A stretch of DNA of 64,000 nucleotides from an uncultured beta proteobacterium (GTDB lineage: Bacteria; Pseudomonadota; Gammaproteobacteria; Burkholderiales; Casimicrobiaceae), in assembly GCA_963695725.1 (NCBI GenBank), contig CAVOHM010000006.1:142463-206462 (forward strand). The letters run 5' to 3'. The position numbers and the translations under genes were made by a program. This document shows positions 17,567 to 27,724 of the stretch, piece after piece; within the stretch, counting starts at the first letter, position 1, and the number at the start of each line of letters is the position of its first letter. The notes below the pieces were generated by a model that searched no databases, was not told the origin of the DNA, and was given only the letters and a program-made list of their open reading frames with translations.

Positions 17567-17654
17567 AATCCAAATTCTTGATTTACCCTTGCTGGAGGTC
17601 GCCCGCTGTGAAAAAATACGGACCCCGATTCGCAAAGCGCCCAAGGAGGCCCCG

Positions 17655-19455
17655 ATGAACAAGCCCGCCGAACTGCCGCTGCCGGTAACCGGAAAACAGA
17701 AAATGACGCCCTCCGAGGCGTTCGTCGAAACGCTCGTTGCCAATGGCGTGAAGGACGTCTTTGGCATCGTCGGGTCCGCGTACATGGACGCGCTCGATCT
17801 CTTTCCGCTCGCGGGAATCCGCTTCATATCCGTTGCGCACGAGCAGGGCGGCGGCCACATGGCCGACGGCTACGCGCGCGTCTCCGGGCGGCACGGCGTG
17901 TGCATCGCGCAGAACGGGCCGGGCATCACCAACTTCGTCACCTCGACTGCGGCCGCCTTCTGGGCGCATTCGCCGGTCGTCGTGATCACGCCGGAGACCG
18001 GCAGCGCGACGCTTGGCCTGGGCGGCTTTCAGGAAACCGAGCAGTTGCCGATCTTCTCGAAGATCACCAAGTTCCAGGCGCACGTCAACAACCGCGCGCG
18101 AATGGCCGAACTCACGGGCCGGGCGTTCGACCGCGCGATGCTGGAGATGGGGCCGACGCAACTCAACATCCCGCGTGACTTCTTCTACGGCGACATCGAA
18201 TGCGAAATCCAGCGGCCGATGGCGATCGAACGCGGCGCCGGTGGCGAACGGAGCCTCGACGAAGCGGCCACGCTCCTCGCCACAGCGCGCTTTCCGGTGA
18301 TCCTCTGCGGGGGCGGCGTGGTCATGGCCGACGGGCAGGCGGCCGCGCTCGCGCTCGCTGAATTGCTGCAGGCGCCCGTTGCCAACAGCTATCTGCACAA
18401 CGACTCGTTCCCGGCGCAGCATCCGCTGTGGGTCGGGCCGCTCGGCTACCAGGGCAGCAAGGCTGCGATGAAGCTCATCGCGAAGGCCGACGTCGTGCTG
18501 GCGCTCGGCACGCGGCTCGGCCCGTTCGGCACGCTGCCGCAATACGGAATGGAATACTGGCCGAAGAACGCGAAGATCATCCAGGTCGATGCCGACGCCA
18601 AGATGCTGGGGCTCGTGAAGTCCATCTCCGTCGGCATCTGCGGCGATGCGAAGGCGGCGGCCACCGCGCTCTCGGCGCGGCTCACGGGCAAGCCGCTCGC
18701 GTGCCTCGAGAACCACGACGCGCGGCGCGCCGACATCGCAGCGGAAAAAGCCGCGTGGGAAGACCGAGCTCGACGGTTGGGCGCACGAGACCGACAAGTG
18801 GTCGGTCGAGGTTTCCCGGAATTCGACGCACATGCACCCGCGGCAGATGCTCCGCGAGCTGGAAAAGGCGATGCCCGACGGCGCGATGGTCTCGACCGAC
18901 ATCGGCAATATCTGCTCGGTGTCGAATTCGTATCTGCGCTTCGACCGGCCGCGCTCGATGTTCGCGGCCATGAGCTTCGGCAATTGCGGCTACGCGTTCC
19001 CGACGATCATCGGCGCAAAGGTGGCGGCCCCCGACCGTCCGGCGATCGCCTATGTCGGCGACGGTGCGTGGGGGATGAGCTTTGGCGAAATCCAGACCTG
19101 CGTGCGGGAAAACATCCCGGTCACCGCAATCGTTTTCAACAACGGCCAGTGGGGTGCGGAAAAGAAGAACCACGTCGATTTCTACGAAAACCGTTTCGTA
19201 GGCGTGAACCTCGACCGCCAGCCGTCGTGGGCCAAGGTGGCCAAGGCGATGGGCGCCGAAGGGCACACGATCGAGAAGCTTGCGGACGTCGGCCCCGCGT
19301 TGCGCGCGGCGGCGAGCGCGCAGGGCGAGGGCAAGACGACGATACTCGAGATGATGGTCACGCGCGAACTGGGCGACCCGTTCCGGCGCGATGCACTGGC
19401 GCTGCCGACGCGGCATCTCGCGAAATACAAGGCGACGGCGGCGAAGCGCGGCTGA
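17655..19455 (+). pseudogene. xsc: Sulfoacetaldehyde acetyltransferase (ThDP-dependent), interrupted by a net +1 frameshift at ~18762
   Basis: AAGGAGG SD followed by ATG 17655. The first frame reads MNKPAELPLPVTGKQKMTPSEAFVETLVANGVKDVFGIVGSAYMDALDLF...QLNIPRDFFYGDIECEI...NSYLHNDSFPAQHPLWVGPLGYQGSKAAMKLIA...AAEKAAWE. Homology continues in the next frame (ORF 18646..19455): TELDGWAHETDKWS...MSFGNCGYAFPTIIGAK...GDGAWGMS...TRELGDPFRRDAL. Skipping base 18762 restores one ~599-aa product. Confidence 0.85.
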
Positions 19456-19482
19456 GGCACCGAGGCGGACCGCGGCGATCCG

Positions 19483-20265
19483 ATGGATTCGCGCGAACTC
19501 GCGTTGCGGCAGCAGGCGGCGGAAACCGTCGCGCGCGACGCCGGCCGGCTGGCCTTGACGTATCTCGCCGACGCGAGCTCGCTCGCTGTATCGTTGAAAG
19601 GTCCGCAGGACGTCGTGACGGCGGCGGATGTCGCCGTCGAGCGGATGATCGTCGCGTCTCTGCACGCGGCGTTTCCGGGCGATACGTTCCTTGGCGAGGA
19701 GGGCGGTGGCGTCCCCGGCGAGATGTGCTGGGTGATCGATCCGATCGACGGCACTTCGAATTTCTCGCGTGGCCTGCCGCACTGGTGCGTGTCGATCGCG
19801 TTCGTCGCGGGCGATCGTACCGAGGTCGGCGTGATCTACGACCCAAATGGCGATCTGCTGTACTCCGCGCGGCGTGGCGCCGGCGCGTTGCGGAACGCGG
19901 TGCCGATGCGCGTCAGCGCCGTCGACGATCCTGCCCGCGCGATCGTGGACATCGGGTTTTCGCGCCGCACGGAAATCGCCGACTTCGCGGGCATCATGAC
20001 GCGATTGCTCGAGCGGGGCATCCACGTGACGCAGAGCCAGTCCGCTGCGCTCGGGCTCGCACGGGTCGCCGACGGGCGGCTCGACGGCTACGCCGAGCGT
20101 CATCTCTACGCATGGGACGCGCTCGCCGGCCTGCTGCTCGTCACGGAGGCGGGCGGCCGCACCAACCCGTTCCTGGAGGGAAACGCGTTGACGGCCGGCA
20201 ACGCGACACTCGCCGCTACGCCTGCGCTCTACACGACGATCGCACGTGCACTCGAAGCCGGCTGA
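19483..20265 (+). CDS. Inositol-monophosphatase-family phosphatase (SuhB/CysQ-like)
   Basis: ORF 19483..20265, 260 aa. It carries FLGEEGG, WVIDPIDGTSNF and WDALAG motifs. Confidence 0.85.
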   Translation: MDSRELALRQQAAETVARDAGRLALTYLADASSLAVSLKGPQDVVTAADVAVERMIVASLHAAFPGDTFLGEEGGGVPGEMCWVIDPIDGTSNFSRGLPHWCVSIAFVAGDRTEVGVIYDPNGDLLYSARRGAGALRNAVPMRVSAVDDPARAIVDIGFSRRTEIADFAGIMTRLLERGIHVTQSQSAALGLARVADGRLDGYAERHLYAWDALAGLLLVTEAGGRTNPFLEGNALTAGNATLAATPALYTTIARALEAG

Positions 20266-20331
20266 CCCCGGTCCTCTGCCCGATGAGCGCCGTAGCGCGC
20301 TCGGGCTGCCATCCGACAAGAAGGCGAAGCC

Positions 20332-21318
20332 GTGATCAGCCGTCGTGATTTCATCGTTGTCATGGGAGGGTCGATGCTGGCATTGGCACCAGCGGCCCAT
20401 GCACAGCAACGTCAGAAGGTCTACCGGGTCGGCTTTCTCGAGGCGGGTGCCGCCGCCGCGAACCAGCGGTTCCTCGACAGTTTCCGGAATGGATTGCGCG
20501 AGTTCGGATATGTCACGGGCAAGAACCTGATCATCGACGTACGGTGGGCCGATGGCCGGACCGAACGCTTTGCGCCGCTGCTGGCGGAATTGATGGCACT
20601 GAAACCGGACGTCCTGGTCGTCGCTTCGCATGTGGGCGCGCTGTCGGCAAAGGGCGCGACCAAGTCGATTCCGATCGTGTTCGTCGGCGCATCGGACCCG
20701 GTGCGCCACGGACTCGTCGCGAGTCTTGCCCGTCCCGGCGGCAACATGACCGGTCTGTCGCGCGCCGTCGAAGACGGAACGCTTGGCAAGGCCGTGCAGC
20801 TTCTGCAGGAGATCGTGCCTGCCGCCCGTCGGGTCGCCATTTTGTGGAATCCCGCCGCGCGAATCGACGCTCGCCGGCGCGAAGTCGAAGCGGCGGCGCG
20901 TTCGCTTCGGATCGAACCGGTATCGTTCGAGGTGCGCGATCGCAATGAGTTCGGAAAAGTGTTTTCCGAGATGCGGCGCCAGCACATGGAAATGCTGGTC
21001 GTCATCGGCGATCCGCTGACGCTGGTCAACCGTGCGACCGTCGTCAAGCTGGCGGCCGAGAATCGCATACCCGCCATCTACGAGTTTGGCGAGTTTGCGC
21101 GCGACGGCGGTCTTGTCGCTTATGCGCCGAACGTGGTCGTCATGTTCCATCGCGCGGCCGGGTACGTCGACAAGATCCTCATGGGCGCAAATCCAGGCGA
21201 CTTGCCAATCGAGCAACCGACTAAATTCGAACTCGTGATCAACCAGAAGGCTGCCAAGTCGCTCGGTCTCGACATTCCGCAGTCGTTGCTGTTGCGCGCA
21301 GACGAAGTGATCCACTGA
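20332..21318 (+). CDS. Orphan ABC-transporter-type substrate-binding protein (ABC_sub_bind / BMP-like family)
   Basis: GTG-start ORF 20332..21318, 328 aa. It has a Tat/Sec-like signal (RRDFIVVMGGSMLALAPAAHA) and the family-typical end (PIEQPTKFELVINQKAAKSLGLDIPQSLLLRADEVI). No permease or ATPase is adjacent. Confidence 0.8.
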   Translation: MISRRDFIVVMGGSMLALAPAAHAQQRQKVYRVGFLEAGAAAANQRFLDSFRNGLREFGYVTGKNLIIDVRWADGRTERFAPLLAELMALKPDVLVVASHVGALSAKGATKSIPIVFVGASDPVRHGLVASLARPGGNMTGLSRAVEDGTLGKAVQLLQEIVPAARRVAILWNPAARIDARRREVEAAARSLRIEPVSFEVRDRNEFGKVFSEMRRQHMEMLVVIGDPLTLVNRATVVKLAAENRIPAIYEFGEFARDGGLVAYAPNVVVMFHRAAGYVDKILMGANPGDLPIEQPTKFELVINQKAAKSLGLDIPQSLLLRADEVIH

Positions 21319-21381
21319 TGCCAGTCGCGCAACTGTATCTATAATGTGGGTTGGCAACGATCGACGCGGAAGGATTCGTGC

Positions 21382-22245
21382 ATGGGTGGAGAAAACGATA
21401 TCGTCATCGCGGCGTGGAACACGGTCCTGTTCGACAAGTTCAGTCGTTTCAAGCATCTGCTGATCGACGGTCTCTCGGCGCACAGCAACGAGGCGCTTGC
21501 CCGTCACGCGCATCCGCAGGGCGCACGCGTGCTGGACGTCGGATGCGGCTTCGGGGACAGCGCCCGGCGCATCGCCAAGCGCGTGGGTCCGCGCGGTGAA
21601 GTCCTCGGCGTCGACTGCGCGGAGAATTTTGTCGCGGCCGCCACGCGAGAAGCGACGGAAGCAGGGATGGAGAACGTCTCGTTCTTCGTCGCGGACGTAC
21701 AGACCGACGACCTGCGCGGACCCTACGACTTCGCGTTTGCCCGCTTTGGCACGATGTTCTTCATGATGCCCGGTGCGGCCATGCGCAACATCCGGAAGGC
21801 GTTGAAGCCAGGTGGCGAGCTGACCATGATCGTCTGGCGCCGAAGAGAAGAGAATCCCTGGCTCCACGAAGCGGAACTTCGCGTCAGGGAGATCGTGCCC
21901 GTCGTATCGCACGAGGACACCGATCAGGTGCATTGCGGGCCGGGGCCGTTCTCGATGTCCGGCCCGGACATGGTCAGTACGATGCTGCGCAGCGCGGGCT
22001 ACGACCATATCGCGTTCGAGCGCTTCGACGCCGACATCTGCATCGGCCGGGACTTGGCGGAAGGCATCGAGTTTGCGATGGCGCTCGGGCCTGCCGGCGA
22101 GATCATTCGCCTTGCCGGAGACGAAGGTGAAAGGCGCAAGCCCGAGGTTGTCGCCGCGCTCACGGAAACACTGCGGCCGTACGCGCGGGACGATGGCGTG
22201 TGGGCGCCGTCGAGCACGTGGTTCGTCACCGCGCGCAATCCTTGA
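21382..22245 (+). CDS. Class-I SAM-dependent methyltransferase
   Basis: Internal ATG of ORF 21346..22245 with GGAAGGA upstream. It carries SAM motif I (VLDVGCGFGD) and motif II (DFAFARFGTMFF). Confidence 0.8.
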   Translation: MGGENDIVIAAWNTVLFDKFSRFKHLLIDGLSAHSNEALARHAHPQGARVLDVGCGFGDSARRIAKRVGPRGEVLGVDCAENFVAAATREATEAGMENVSFFVADVQTDDLRGPYDFAFARFGTMFFMMPGAAMRNIRKALKPGGELTMIVWRRREENPWLHEAELRVREIVPVVSHEDTDQVHCGPGPFSMSGPDMVSTMLRSAGYDHIAFERFDADICIGRDLAEGIEFAMALGPAGEIIRLAGDEGERRKPEVVAALTETLRPYARDDGVWAPSSTWFVTARNP

Positions 22246-22339
22246 TTCAACGGGTTCGCTTCGGTTCGTCGAGCACAGTCGACGTCGACGAACAATGAGA
22301 CCTGGCAAGGGCCCATCGAGTCGACGGCGGACTCCGGCG

Positions 22340-23587
22340 TTACTTCTGTGCGCCGACTTCCCGCATCGACTCGAGTTTCCCGAGATCGAGCGACCCGACC
22401 GCAGACCTGAGTTCGTCGATTGACACGCCGCGCCCATTCGCCTCGACGAGAAAGCGGTTGCCGACCATCACGGAAAACTCGTTTGGACCACCGGTCTTCG
22501 AGATCTTCTCATGCATCAGGCGGTCGCCCTCCTTGCGCGTCCGCTCGATGCCGCGGTCGTTTTCCCTTTCGCCCTGCATGTTCATCCAGCCGGCCAGACC
22601 CATCAAGCCTGCGGCGCCGCCCGTATCGGTAATTTCGAGCCGCATGCTCTTCGACGAGCCGTCGCCGTAATCGGCCTCTACTTTGGAAATCTCCAGCCCG
22701 TGCATGCCGCCGCGCGCCGAACTTTGCGCGGTGCGCGCAAGCCCGCCGATGGTTTCGGGCACGAGCGGCTTCAGCTTGTCGAGGGCCAGCGGCTCGAAAC
22801 GTTTGCCGCCGCCGAGCACATTGCCAATCCCTTCCATCGCGGCCTTCATCTGCGCCTGCGGATCGCCACTTTTTTGCGCGGCCTCCATGTTCTTGTTCAC
22901 TTCGTCCATCTTCTTGCCGAAGCCGGCAAGCTTGTCCATCGGCGAGTCCTTGTCGAACGTGACGGCCGCGCCGCGGTCGGGGCGCGCCGCGCCCATCATT
23001 CCCATCCCGCCGCCCGGGAGGCCACCGATGAACCCGCCCACGGCCGTGATAACAACGCCGACCACGATGGCACAAATCACGACGACCGCGGTGTAGCCGG
23101 TCGACTTTTCCTCGGGGTTCTTCATTAGGCGCGGCAGCCCGCGATAGAGCAGGTAGATGCCGTAGAGAGAAATCAGGACGCTCAGTGGACTGAGCAGCGG
23201 CAAGATGAGCAGCAATCCCGCAATCCAGGCCGGCGTGTACGAGTACACGGCCACCTTGAGCGCCTGCCCGGGATTCTTCTCTCCGCCGAAGCTTGGCGCC
23301 AATGCGTTGACGATGAGCGAAAGGATGAAGATCCCGACGAAGGCCATGATGAACGAGAACACCGCCATGCCGATGCCGGTGATGACGGGAGTGCGCATTG
23401 CGCCGAGGAAGGGGACGCTGAAGCCGACGATCGAATTGCCGACAAACCCGCACAGGGCCGCCGCCCCGGCGAGCGGAGCGACGTATCGTCCGAAGAGGTC
23501 GCCGGTGGACGAAGATTCGCCCGCGATCACGGTCCATTCAGTCTTCGGAGTGACCAGGATATTCTTGACGCGGTCGAGGAGACCCAT
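22340..23587 (-). CDS. Yip1-domain membrane protein with a C-terminal soluble extension
   Basis: ORF 22340..23671, start placed at Met 23587 (GAGGGA upstream): MGLLDRVKNILVTPKTEWTVIA... It has five TM segments typical of Yip1/DUF1282, followed by a ~220-aa hydrophilic tail. Confidence 0.7.
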   Translation of the reverse strand: MGLLDRVKNILVTPKTEWTVIAGESSSTGDLFGRYVAPLAGAAALCGFVGNSIVGFSVPFLGAMRTPVITGIGMAVFSFIMAFVGIFILSLIVNALAPSFGGEKNPGQALKVAVYSYTPAWIAGLLLILPLLSPLSVLISLYGIYLLYRGLPRLMKNPEEKSTGYTAVVVICAIVVGVVITAVGGFIGGLPGGGMGMMGAARPDRGAAVTFDKDSPMDKLAGFGKKMDEVNKNMEAAQKSGDPQAQMKAAMEGIGNVLGGGKRFEPLALDKLKPLVPETIGGLARTAQSSARGGMHGLEISKVEADYGDGSSKSMRLEITDTGGAAGLMGLAGWMNMQGERENDRGIERTRKEGDRLMHEKISKTGGPNEFSVMVGNRFLVEANGRGVSIDELRSAVGSLDLGKLESMREVGAQK

Positions 23588-23859
23588 GGTTTCCCTCTCT
23601 CGGTAGGTTTGGTTGGCAAATTCTAGCGCGATTGCCGTCCGGATTTCCGGAAGCCGGCAGTACTTGGACAAGGAATCGGAATATCAGCCACGCCGACCTG
23701 AGTCCCGGTGATTCCGGCCGGCCGGTCGGGTCGCGCCTGCTCTACTGATCACGTAGCCTTGTGGTGCTGCAATTGCTCCAGGGAGCGCCGTAGCGCGCGA
23801 TAATGGCGGTCGATGCGGCGCCGATGAGCGTCCGCACTGACAATCCCTGGGGAGGTCGC

Positions 23860-24171
23860 ATGACCGCAATTGGCGAATGGGTAGACGCGGAACCGGGCGT
23901 CCGGCGCAAGATCCTGCAAGCGCAGGGCCGGCTGATGCTGATGGAAGTCCGGTTCGCTGCCGGCGCTGCCGGATACGAGCACAACCACGTTCACGAGCAG
24001 ATCAGCTATTGCGTCGCCGGACGCTTCGAGTATTCGCTCGATGGGCGAACGCAGATTCTGTCGGCAGGCGAGTCCATCTACGTTCCCTCCAACGCGCGGC
24101 ACGGCGCCAAGGCGCTGGAGGAAGGGATACTGATCGACGCGTTCACTCCGCTACGCGACGATTTGCTTTGA
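23860..24171 (+). CDS. Cupin-domain protein
   Basis: Internal ATG of ORF 23803..24171 with GGGGAGG upstream, 103 aa. It carries cupin motifs (GYEHNHVHEQISYCVAG ... GESIYVPSNARHG). Confidence 0.75.
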   Translation: MTAIGEWVDAEPGVRRKILQAQGRLMLMEVRFAAGAAGYEHNHVHEQISYCVAGRFEYSLDGRTQILSAGESIYVPSNARHGAKALEEGILIDAFTPLRDDLL

Positions 24172-24327
24172 CCGTGTCATGCCGAAAGCCGCCTACGCGC
24201 ATCGGCCATCGACCGTCGCGATCCTATCGGTCGTTCCCGCCCGACGCGATTCTGCTACCCGGTATCGGCATTGGATTGTACGGTCGGAACGTGAAAATGG
24301 CCTTAATGATCGACGACGGTAGCGCCC

Positions 24328-24882
24328 ATGACCCGTAGCGAAAAGGAAAAGATGCTGGCGGGCGAGCTGTATCGCCCCGGCGCGCCCGAGATCCAGGCGG
24401 ATCAGGCGGCGACGAAGGCATGGTTGGCCAGGTATAACGCATCGCTCGCATGGCCGAGCGACGAGCGACACGCCATGCTGGCCGGGTTTCTCGGCGAGGT
24501 CGGGAAAGGCGTCGTCATCCGCCCGCCGTTTTTCTGCGACTATGGTTTCAACATTCGCCTGGGAACCGATGTATTTCTCAACTTCAACTGCGTGATCCTC
24601 GATGTGGTCGAGGTCGCCATCGGGGATGGTACGCAGATCGGCCCGGCGGTTCAGATCTACGCCGCGGATCATCCGCGCGATCCGGCGCAGCGGCGTCAGA
24701 CACTTGAATTCGGACGACCGGTCCGGATCGGCCGGAACGTCTGGATCGGCGGTGGCGCCATCATCCTCCCGGGGATTACCGTCGGCGACGATGCGATGAT
24801 AGGTGCCGGCAGCGTGGTAACGCGCGACGTGCCTGCGGGCAGCACGGTGGTCGGCAACCCGGCGCGCATCATCAAGAGCTGA
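24328..24882 (+). CDS. maa: Maltose/galactoside O-acetyltransferase-family (hexapeptide-repeat) acetyltransferase
   Basis: ORF 24328..24882, 184 aa. It has a Mac N-terminal domain (MTRSEKEKMLAGELY) and LbH repeats (IGRNVWIGGGAIILPGITVGDDAMIGAGSVV). Confidence 0.85.
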   Translation: MTRSEKEKMLAGELYRPGAPEIQADQAATKAWLARYNASLAWPSDERHAMLAGFLGEVGKGVVIRPPFFCDYGFNIRLGTDVFLNFNCVILDVVEVAIGDGTQIGPAVQIYAADHPRDPAQRRQTLEFGRPVRIGRNVWIGGGAIILPGITVGDDAMIGAGSVVTRDVPAGSTVVGNPARIIKS

Positions 24883-24975
24883 CGCCGCGGGTGTCGGACG
24901 ATGCCGCGGCCCGGCCGGTGGCCGGAGATGATCGCGCGCAGTCGATCGGCGCGCGCCGCGCCTCGGCTCAGCGTG

Positions 24976-25771
24976 TCAGATCCGGGTCAGCAGAAAAATT
25001 CCGGCCAGAATCAGCATCCCGCTTGCGATACGCGACACGAGGACCGAGGCGGGGAACAACTTCTCGACAAATACGAACGCCGCGATGAGCGCGACCCACG
25101 CGAGATTCATGACGCCGGCCACGAAGAGCAGCAGCATCAGCGCCCAGCAGCAGCCCACGCAATAGGCGCCGTGCTCGAGCCCCATCCGGAACGCGCCGCC
25201 CGGCCCCGGGCGCCAGCGCGTGATGAAGAACTCCAGCGGGTTTCGGCACTTGTTGAGGCAGGTTCGCTTCAGCGGGGTCAACTGATACAAGCCCGCGGCT
25301 ACGAGCGCGAACGCCGAAAGCCCGGTGCTTGCCGCGGCCATTGCCGGCGTCAACAGTGATGCGCGCTCGAGCAGGGCCTGCAGCAGCGTGGCAGCCACGC
25401 TGAAAGCCGCCCAGACCAGGAGGTATGCGCCGGCGAAGATCCAGACGCTCGGCAATACCGTCCCGCGCGCGCCGTTCTTGCGCACCAAGGCGCCATACAG
25501 GAGGATGGTCGGCGCCGCGCTCGGCAGCATCATGCCCGCCATCATCACGGTCCACATGACAAAGGTGAGGGCAAGCGCGCCGGCATCCATGCGACCGCGG
25601 CATCGCGGGCATCGCCATCGACGCGTGGTCCATGCCCGTCGCGCTGCGCCACAGATAGAGCCACGCAAGGGTGACGACGATCGCGAGGCTCGCGATCGCA
25701 ATGCGGCGGTCGCGGCGCGTGGCCGCCGCGAATCCACTTTCCTGCGCCGCTTTAGTCTCTAACCCGTCCAC
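24976..25771 (-). pseudogene. DUF2182 (predicted metal-binding integral membrane protein), apparent +1 frameshift at ~25591-25597
   Basis: The N-terminal part (GTG 25771: VDGLETKAAQESGFAAATRRDRRIAIASLAIVVTLAWLYLWRSATGMDHASMAMPAMP) lies in the frame of ORF 24968..25819. The remainder (MDAGALALTFVMWTVMMAGMMLPSAAP...) lies in ORF 24976..25737. A shorter intact product from ATG 25590 is an alternative reading. Confidence 0.55.
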
Positions 25772-26373
25772 GCGAAGGGCGCGAAGTGGCCATTGCGCGT
25801 GCCGCTGGTATCGTTCCACTTCATCCCGAACGCGTTGAAGATGCTGCGCGTGGCCTTGGCGAGCGCCAGGCGCGCGTTCACCGGGTGCGCGACGTTGTCG
25901 AGGTAGAGCGGCTCGCCGGGACGTGCCGCACTGGCAACGCCCTCGCAGGCCTGGTCGATGAGGTCCCCGGCTTTTGCCGCGAAATTCATGCCATCCGCCG
26001 TGAAGCTGATCGGCCGCTTTTCCACGCCGGCCACGCGGCCGACCAGCGGTACCAGAGCCGCCATCGGTCCGCCCGCTGCGCCGGTGGCAATGGCGCTGAT
26101 GGCCTCGACTTGCTTGTCCGACGCGCGCTCGTCGACGATCAGGCCCACCGTGATGTTGCCCTCCGCCATCGCCTTGGGCGAATGCAGGATCACGAAAAAC
26201 GAGAGGCCGTCGAGTTTCACGCCGTCTTTTTCACCTTTGTCGATGCGCATGGCGATCGCGGCCTTGCAATCGCCCTCGGTGGGCGTCGCCGTAAGATTCG
26301 ACGGTGCGCACGGGCAAAGGTAGGTGCAGTTGCACGTCTCCATGTACTGGCCTTCGATTCGCCAAGCAGCCAT
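25759..26373 (-). CDS. DUF1326 family protein
   Basis: ORF 25759..26373, 204 aa. It has the N-terminal Cys motif METCNCTYLCPCAP typical of DUF1326 and is in the usual pairing with DUF2182. Confidence 0.8.
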   Translation of the reverse strand: MAAWRIEGQYMETCNCTYLCPCAPSNLTATPTEGDCKAAIAMRIDKGEKDGVKLDGLSFFVILHSPKAMAEGNITVGLIVDERASDKQVEAISAIATGAAGGPMAALVPLVGRVAGVEKRPISFTADGMNFAAKAGDLIDQACEGVASAARPGEPLYLDNVAHPVNARLALAKATRSIFNAFGMKWNDTSGTRNGHFAPFAWTG

Positions 26374-26691
26374 GATGGATCTCCTTTGTGAGTTAAGGAC
26401 GCGTATGGGTTGTTCACGTCAAATCCCGTGTGTGTCGGGACGCGAACGGCGAGGAATGCAGCGCGAACGGCAAGGAGGCCAAAGGTCAGGCTACGCCGCC
26501 TGCCCGGTGTGGTCAAGGCGTTCGCGGCAGGAAATGCCGCGCATCGCCGCGTTGCCGCGCCGCACAATCTTACTAAACGTACGATGCCGATGCGGTTGTG
26601 TCGTTGGCTGTCCCAGGTTCGATCACCAATGGCCTACATCGGCGGAAGGACCGAGATCCGCCCACGATTTCTGTTGGTGCGCCTCTCTTGT

Positions 26692-27720
26692 TCAGCGCCG
26701 CACGACGAACACCATGTTGCCGCGCCGATGCGCGGGAAGCGCCAGACCCGGTGGGTCCCAGCAGCCCGAGAAGTAGAACGCGTCCACGCGCCCGCCGGCC
26801 TGGCGAACGAACTCGGCGAACTCCACCGCCTCGTACTCCCGGTAGTGGTGATGCGCATCCCAGTTGGCTTCCGCGGCCGGATAGACGGCGCAGGGGTTTT
26901 CGCCACGCGCGAGCTGGTCGATATGCGCCTGCGCGAAGAAGTTGGGCGACGTCAGATACAGAGCGCCATCCGGCGCGAGCAGCCGGAGCACGCGTGCAAG
27001 CACGTCGACCGGATGGATCGGCAGATGCTCGATCACCTCGGCAAGAACGACAAGATCGAATCGCCCCAGCGCACCCAGTTTCGCATCGAGGTCGGCCGTA
27101 CTCGCGAGATCGACGGCGACGTAACCGGTGCAGCCCAGCGCCGCGCGGCAACGTGCCTCGGTGAAACCGACATAGTCGGCCGGCACGGGCCGGTCGGCCA
27201 GCACGAGATCGAGCTCCGGAACGAGTCGCGCATACATCGCGGAAAATTCGGAGGGGCCGAACTCCAGGAGGCGCGGCGCACGGAGGCCGCGCGCCAGGGC
27301 GAGCGCCGCATTCATCAGCTCGAAAAAACGCTCCTGATGCGCGGTGGCGTACTCCGCCTGGCCCACGACGAGCGCACGTCCGGAACGGAAGATTTCGGCC
27401 CAGAGCGCATCGTACCGGTCGCGCGGCAACGCCGCGCAGCGCTGCAGCTCCTTCGCCAATGCGGTATCGCCGAGCGCGGTCAATCCCGCTCGATCCAGGC
27501 GCGCCGGCATCGGATCGCCGCGGCTGCGATATTCGTCGCTCGTGACCAGCGTTTCGAGCAGCCACGCCGCCGTGCGACCCTCTCCGAGCGCCTTCACGTA
27601 GGAATCGAGGCCCCCGGCATCCGGCTCGCGCCCGAGAATCGAGCGGAACGCCGCCGTGACCAGCGCGACGGCGTCTTCGCGTGGCACGCCCGAGCGCGAT
27701 GCGTCGCGGCCGAACAGCAT
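26692..27720 (-). CDS. DUF4214-domain / class-I SAM methyltransferase fusion protein
   Basis: ORF 26692..27786, start placed at Met 27720, 4 nt after the upstream stop. It has an N-terminal DUF4214-like repeat (ILGREPDAGGLDSYVKAL...LVTSDEY), then a methyltransferase fold (RLLEFGPSE ... FDLVVLAEVIEHL). Confidence 0.65.
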   Translation of the reverse strand: MLFGRDASRSGVPREDAVALVTAAFRSILGREPDAGGLDSYVKALGEGRTAAWLLETLVTSDEYRSRGDPMPARLDRAGLTALGDTALAKELQRCAALPRDRYDALWAEIFRSGRALVVGQAEYATAHQERFFELMNAALALARGLRAPRLLEFGPSEFSAMYARLVPELDLVLADRPVPADYVGFTEARCRAALGCTGYVAVDLASTADLDAKLGALGRFDLVVLAEVIEHLPIHPVDVLARVLRLLAPDGALYLTSPNFFAQAHIDQLARGENPCAVYPAAEANWDAHHHYREYEAVEFAEFVRQAGGRVDAFYFSGCWDPPGLALPAHRRGNMVFVVRR

Positions 27721-27724
27721 CGTG

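Noticed and set aside
17589-17654. Upstream extension of xsc from the first start codon of the ORF (17589).
   Set aside because: The strong AAGGAGG sits immediately before ATG 17655. The extension would also consume the promoter/operator region shared with the divergent IclR gene.
18682-22437. Very long ORFs with Arg/Ala/Pro/Gly-rich, low-complexity translations. Examples: 1251-aa minus-strand ORF 18682..22437; 937 aa at 33182..35995; 878 aa at 43929..46565; 611 aa at 44776..46611; 964 aa at 54725..57619; 919-aa read-through 17589..20348.
   Set aside because: They run antisense to, or out of frame with, genes that have clear family signatures. They are the expected stop-codon-poor shadow frames of high-G+C DNA and show no recognisable domains.
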